Source: Chlorokybus atmophyticus
Taxonomy: Eukaryota > Plantae > Mesostigma and Chlorokybus algae
Assembly (NCBI GenBank): GCA_009103225.1
Contig: RHPI01000385.1
Coordinates: 485,092-507,971, forward strand
DNA length: 22,880 bases
Direction: 5' to 3'
The notes under the pieces: model-generated
Database searches by the model: none
Seen by the model: the letters and a program-made list of their open reading frames with translations, nothing else
What the model was told of the DNA's origin: nothing
Translations under genes and position numbers: made by a program
Shown: piece by piece, positions 18,370 to 22,880 of the stretch
Layout of the letters: each line of letters begins with the position of its first letter
Numbering within the stretch: the stretch's first letter is position 1

Positions 18370-19359
18370 CTATGCGACAGGCTTGTCGTTGGAGGGGTTG
18401 GGGCAGTTCGCCACGCGGTGGCCTTTCTCCCTGCACTTGAGACACAGTCCGGCATTGAAGCGTGCATTCCTCAGCTTCACGCTAACTCCGGGGATGCTGG
18501 TAGCACGCTTCTTGTTGACTGGCTGAAAGGGCTGCTTGCCCTTGCCGTCTGGGCGGTCGCGCTTGCGACTGTTGTTGCCACTGCCACTTCCCACAGCGGG
18601 AGTGGTCGAGCTCGAGGGCTGGTTGGCAACAATGGCAAACTTCCATGCCTGGTTGATCATGCGCTGGCTGTTGTCATACTGCACAGCCGTGCGCTTCATC
18701 AAGTCATAGTCAGCATGCGTGAAGGACTCCAGGCCCTCCTTGAAGGTCAATTGCTTTGCCGTATCCTCAGGCAAAGCCGCCCAGTACTTGTCCATCTTCT
18801 CTGCCTCTGACAAGGGCATGTCGGGGCCAACTTCAGCACACACCGACTCGAAGCAGACAGTGAAGTCCTCAATGGACTGATTGGGCTTGACTTTCAAGCG
18901 TCTCAACTTGTCACGCGCCTTCTGTGACGGGTTCACACCCACGTAGGCCTACAACATAGCAGTCTCAAACACGTCAAGGCTTGCGACATCCTTGCCAGCA
19001 GCCTCAAGATGTGGGGAAGCCCCTTCCCACATGCGGGCAGCACTTCCCCGCAAGTACGATGCCAAAAGCGACACTGCTTTGGCCTCAAGCCCAGGCAATA
19101 CCTCAGCGACATGCAACACACGCTTACAACCAGAAAGCCAGTCACGCACGGCAACACCAAGATCCTTGCCCTTCCCATCATGGGCACCGGAAAAGAACTC
19201 CAAGCGTGGCATCATCTTGTGGGTGTTTGCGGCTGCCATCTTGGCTAGCTGCTGCTCGTGTTGCTCCTTCATGGAGGCATTGGCCGTGACCATGGCTTGC
19301 ACCTGGTTTTGCAGCTCCATCACTTGGGCCGCGAGTGCGTTGGCGTTCGGATCAGTCAT
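18370..19359 (-). pseudogene. gag: Element C gag with one premature in-frame TAG (18949-18951)
   Basis: Coiled-coil start MTDPNANALAAQVMELQ, YLRGSAARMW, ARDKLRRLKV...IEDFTVCFE, and knuckle CLKCREKGHRVANC. ORFs 18949..19359 and 18370..18942 are in the same frame. Confidence 0.9.
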
Positions 19360-19662
19360 TGTTGAAGGAAAATCTGCTCGTGCATAAGCACGTAATGAGT
19401 GTAGTGTTCAACACACACACGCGCGCACAAGTCCAGCTGTGCACGCAGCAAAACGCAGCGAAAATGCACTCAACTAGTGCGCAAATCAGCGTGAATACAA
19501 CCCACACCGTGCATGCAAGTGTGCGTGCAGCTGGTGCAACCAACTACATGCACAATCAGCGTGCAAACACTGCCATGTAGCGCGTGCAAGCAAAGAATGC
19601 AACACACGCACCGTGTAGCAAGTGTACAAGCTGATGGGCAAGCATGCAAGGCTTGAAAACAA

Positions 19663-19674
19663 GCTCCGAGTCCA
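19663..19674 (-). promoter_or_regulatory. PBS of C (variant iMet type)
   Basis: TGGACTCGGAGC, 1 nt after the 5' LTR. Confidence 0.75.
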
Positions 19675-19675
19675 A

Positions 19676-20537
19676 TGTAACGTGGGACACACACTTACCT
19701 GCTCGTGTATGTCACATACTTGTGCACAGGCACAAGAACTTCTTCACAACATACCATGGTGCAGCACCTTGTTAAAGGAATGACCAGCACCGCAACGGGA
19801 TGGAGAGGATGCACAACAAACCCTCCACTCAGCTCACACACACTCAAGCACACCCCACTCACGTGCAAGGCTGCTACGGACACTACAACCCACTTGGGAT
19901 GAGAGGGAGAGCCCCTTAAACAACTGAACTAGGCACCCCACACACAAGAGTCGAGTATGCACATGCTGAGCTGCCTCACTTGTTGAGGCCGTTCATATAC
20001 CCCCTCTTTGCTTCCCTCCGACCTAGAACAACCATGTCCAAGGCTACTTGCCTTGTCATGGCTGCGTTGACCTATACTCATGCCTAGGAGCTGCCACATC
20101 AGCCCTAGGGCATCTTGTCAACGCCCAAGACTGATCACACATCAGCCTCGGACATCGTGAACGCCCAAGGCTGGTCACATCAGTCTAGGACCTCATACAT
20201 ATGCATACATATGCGAACATATGCGAACATATGCATACACATGCATACATCACTCATATCCGCACATATGAACTCATATGCGGACACATGCATGCATATG
20301 CAACCATATGCATATACATGCGGACATATGACACCGACCAGCTCTGTGCTTGCTAGTAGACAGTGCCTATGTGTAGCTACAACGCCCTTGCACACTAAGT
20401 GCACAGAAACCAACTTTATGAGCACATATGCCAAGTACTACACAACTTGACTATACGGGATCCTCACTTAGTTCTTCCTACTTACCACATAAGTAAGGAA
20501 CATGAGAGTGACTTTTGCCAGCCCTTTGGGCGTGACA
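19676..20537 (-). repeat. Element C 5' LTR (862 bp)
   Basis: About 10 substitutions and one 3-bp indel versus the 3' LTR. Confidence 0.97.
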
Positions 20538-20542
20538 GTTGT

Positions 20543-21868
20543 TGTTCCCTTACCATACCAGCTCCTCCTTGTTGTGTGGTGTCCTCTTACAGAGTGAGGT
20601 AACCTCGCCTGGCATCACACTGCTTTATGGGCATATTCTCAACCTAGGAAGGCAGCAGCGAGGCAATTTACCCCCCTTCTTTTGTTGAGGATATGCCAAA
20701 ATCAGTGCCAACGCCCTCCCTTGGCCAGCAGCAGTTGCTTGCCCTTGCGGAGTGATCGTGGTTGTTGAAAGTGGCATCAATGCGAGTGCACTCGAGGGAC
20801 AGGCGACGCCAGATGCCTCTGCAGGCTGGCTAACGTACGCCTGCCGTCGTGAGTCCATTTGTGCCACTTAATCTAGTCAATAGCAGTATGCTTGTTCGAG
20901 GGCCGAGATTCGCTCTTGTCGGCTCCTTTGGACACGCCCACGAAGTACTGGTCAGTTCCTAGCGGTATGCCTGATGTGGTCATTACAAGGTCTTGCACCG
21001 AGCGACGCTGGAGTCCGAGCGGGTCCAATGGTGAGGGCTCGAAGTCAGTCTGCTGAGCGGGCATCGGCTGCCGTGATCAAGTGGGTGCCTCTTGCAGCCT
21101 TGCATGCAATGCCAAGAACAGCTGGATTACCCACTCAACACAGCAGGTTGCCGATAGGTGACCCCGAAGAGGGGGTTGCGCATCTCTGGAGCAATGCCTG
21201 CAATAATCTCATCCTCCAGCTGTTGTTGTGTGGACTCCGAGAGCATGTGGTACTCTGGAGGTGGTAAGGGGAGAATGCGATCATCCCATGCTACTCGCGT
21301 GGTGCGTTGCCCCCCGGACCGTACGCAATAGCTGTTTGTTCGATGTCGCGTAGAATGGATGCCCAAGCGCGCTCCGCTTGGTGTCCACGCAGTACTTGTT
21401 TCGTCTCGTCAAGGTGTGGTGGGGCTGCACGCAGTCCTAATGGTGCTGTGGTAGTGGCGACTGCGGAGGGTGTGGCAACATCAACGACAGCAATGGTGGT
21501 GGCACCCGCAACAGTTGTGGTGACAGAGGTTGCTGCTGTGAGTGAAGCGGCAGTTGTGGCCGGTGCAGAGGCTTTAGTTGTAGCAAGGGTGGTGCCTTCA
21601 CCACCGATGGGTTCAACAGCCATGGCTGCAGCAGTATCATGCTTTCCATTTTTGGGGCCAATGCGGTGCCAGGGGTATCCGCACTTGCTGCACCTGTTGG
21701 CGGTGTCGTCAACGGTGTCGTCCCAACAATAGTTGTGGCTGCCGAGGCAGCACCACTTGTGGCTTTCAAAAATGCCGCTGTTAATGACACGCCAGCTTTT
21801 CTACGCACCCGCCTTGTCGACTGCACACGCGATGGCGAAGGAGTGTCCCTCTCCCGTTTTGATGCCAT
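20543..21868 (-). pseudogene. Degenerate Ala/Thr-rich ORF, probably the 5' part of element A gag
   Basis: Chain of minus-strand ORF pieces starting MASKRERDTPSPSR, in the same orientation and position as expected for A. No recognised motif. Confidence 0.4.
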
Positions 21869-22051
21869 TGGTGCCCAGCTGGCAGAGTAGCAGGCTTGAT
21901 AGTCTGCTCCTTATTTTCTTCCAACTGCGCCACGTGTGCCATAAGGGCTGCCACTCAACAGCTGGTGGGTTGGCTTGTGCTTAAATGGCACCAGCTCTAG
22001 CACGAGGATGTCCCTCATGTTCTTTGCGCTGTGGAGGGCGGTTCTTCCCTA

Positions 22052-22289
22052 TGTAACCAGGCTTTTCTTTGCGAGCGCCGGCGTTGTTGTTGTTGTTGTT
22101 GGGGTTGTGGACACCAGCGTCGTTGCTAATGCCACGGGACGACGAGATCATAACGCCACAATGGCCACAAAACACACTTCTTGCTTTTGTGGCCTAATGG
22201 TTCGTTACATTTATTATCGGAGCTTGAGACCGGAAGGTCGTGAGGTTAAAACCGCCTCGCGGCAGACCAAGAAGGGATTTTAAGCTCGT
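22052..22289 (+). mobile_element. TRIM-0: 158-bp LTR (22052-22209) plus degenerate PBS; truncated by the TRIM-2 insertion
   Basis: TGTAAC...GTTACA termini, followed by TTTATTATCGGAGCTTGAGACC, which resembles the TRIM-2 PBS region. Its second LTR is not in the window. Confidence 0.6.
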
Positions 22290-22880
22290 TGTAACGGGAA
22301 GGTACATTAAATTACCACAAATCGACCATAAAAGTACCAAGTCTTTTGTGGTCGAGTGGGCTGTGACATTGGTCATCGGAGCTTGAGACCCGGGTTCGAT
22401 TCCTGCCTTGCACACGAATTCCGCGGTCGTTGTTTCTCGATCCAATAACATCGTAAATGGTCACTTCATGAGTGCCATCATCGATGGGTCGCGACTTGCC
22501 TAATGGCAGTCGCGCCGAACTGACCAGTTCAGTCGGCGCGGCAGGGCGCGACCTGCCTATCGCGGCGACGCGACCTGTGGGGCCGGCAGCGGCGCGCTAT
22601 GCGCGCGCTGACCGGTATGGGCCTAAATTGGCCGGTCCTTGGACGGTGGGGCCGGTGACCGACCTTAACAAACCCCTTGGGTAACTCCCCAGCTGATGGC
22701 CGCCAGCTGCCGGGGACGTCAGCGTTCTTAAGTGGGGGGGAATGTAACGGGAAGGTACATTAAATTACCACAAATCGACCATAAAAGCACCAAGTCTTTT
22801 GTGGTCGAGTGGGCTGTGACATTGGTCATCGGAGCTTGAGACCCGGGTTCGATTCCTGCCTTGCACACGAATTCCGCGGT
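22290..22880 (+). mobile_element. TRIM-2: tandem array of a 453-bp miniature LTR element
   Basis: 79-bp LTRs at 22290-22368 and 22743-22821 (1 mismatch), each followed by TTGGTCATCGGAGC and the same internal sequence. PPT AAGTGGGGGGGAA at 22730-22742. Confidence 0.9.
22349..22403 (+). promoter_or_regulatory. tRNA-type Pol III internal promoter (A box plus B box) spanning the LTR/PBS junction of TRIM-2
   Basis: A box TGGTCGAGTGG (22349-22359) and B box GGTTCGATTCC (22393-22403) start 44 nt apart, as in tRNA genes. Repeated in the next unit from 22802. Confidence 0.75.

Larger units (their letters stand above)
13340..20537 (-). mobile_element. Element C: full-length but disabled chromovirus
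   Basis: ~865-bp TG...CA LTRs, TSD GTTGT (13335-13339, 20538-20542), PBS, PPT, and gag-pol-chromodomain remnants. Confidence 0.97.
540..22051 (-). mobile_element. Element A: old, fragmented Ty3/gypsy retrotransposon carrying a C5 DNA methyltransferase, interrupted by younger insertions
   Basis: Minus-strand remnants are in gypsy order: gag-like, protease, MTase, RT, RNase H. Removing B (with one GCATC) and the TRIM (with one 4-bp TSD copy) restores one reading frame: ...TLVRDAAHAVRW...ARRPPRVYWPPRKGRLSRGRGQ... into the protease ORF. Continuity across 12499-20537 is inferred only from orientation and flanks. No LTR or integrase of A is in the window. Confidence 0.75.

Noticed and set aside
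18149-18810. Plus-strand ORFs 18193..18810 and 18149..18526
   Set aside because: Antisense shadows of C gag-pol.
18949-18951. UAG reassignment (UAR=Gln nuclear code) as the explanation for in-frame TAGs
   Set aside because: The 1081-aa B pol and 497-aa gag contain no internal TAA/TAG and use CAA/CAG for Gln. Scattered stops in A and C fit decay.
22052-22209. 5' LTR of element A
   Set aside because: The PBS-like sequence lies on its right on the plus strand, opposite to A's orientation, so it belongs to a separate insertion.
22342-22412. Functional tRNA gene
   Set aside because: A and B boxes are present but there is no acceptor stem or anticodon arm. The middle is an LTR end plus PBS, so it is treated as a promoter within a TRIM.

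Overview
Eukaryotic nested-transposon cluster with no recognisable host gene. A green-algal or streptophyte-type host is my inference from the element types. The oldest layer is a decayed minus-strand Ty3/gypsy element ('A') with the order gag-like ORF, protease, C5 cytosine DNA methyltransferase, RT, RNase H (truncated at ~540). Six younger elements are inserted into A: (1) a 469-bp TA-flanked Tc1/mariner(pogo)-type MITE; (2) a 497-bp TRIM; (3) a nearly intact chromovirus 'B' (5049-11930, +, TSD GCATC); (4) an 819-bp non-autonomous TIR element; (5) a heavily disabled chromovirus 'C' (13340-20537, -, TSD GTTGT); (6) a cluster of TRIM-like elements, including a tandem array that runs off the right edge. 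Three observations stand out. First, A carries a readable C5-methyltransferase. Second, B and C both have an extra domain between Gag and protease, directly after an in-frame UAG; it resembles phage-Dam/DIRS-type N6-adenine methyltransferases (NAPF in C, degenerate HVEF in B). Third, three distinct miniature LTR elements carry a tRNA-type Pol III promoter split across the LTR/PBS junction, with the A box inside the LTR and the B box after the PBS. All domain calls come from motifs read by eye; no searches were run.
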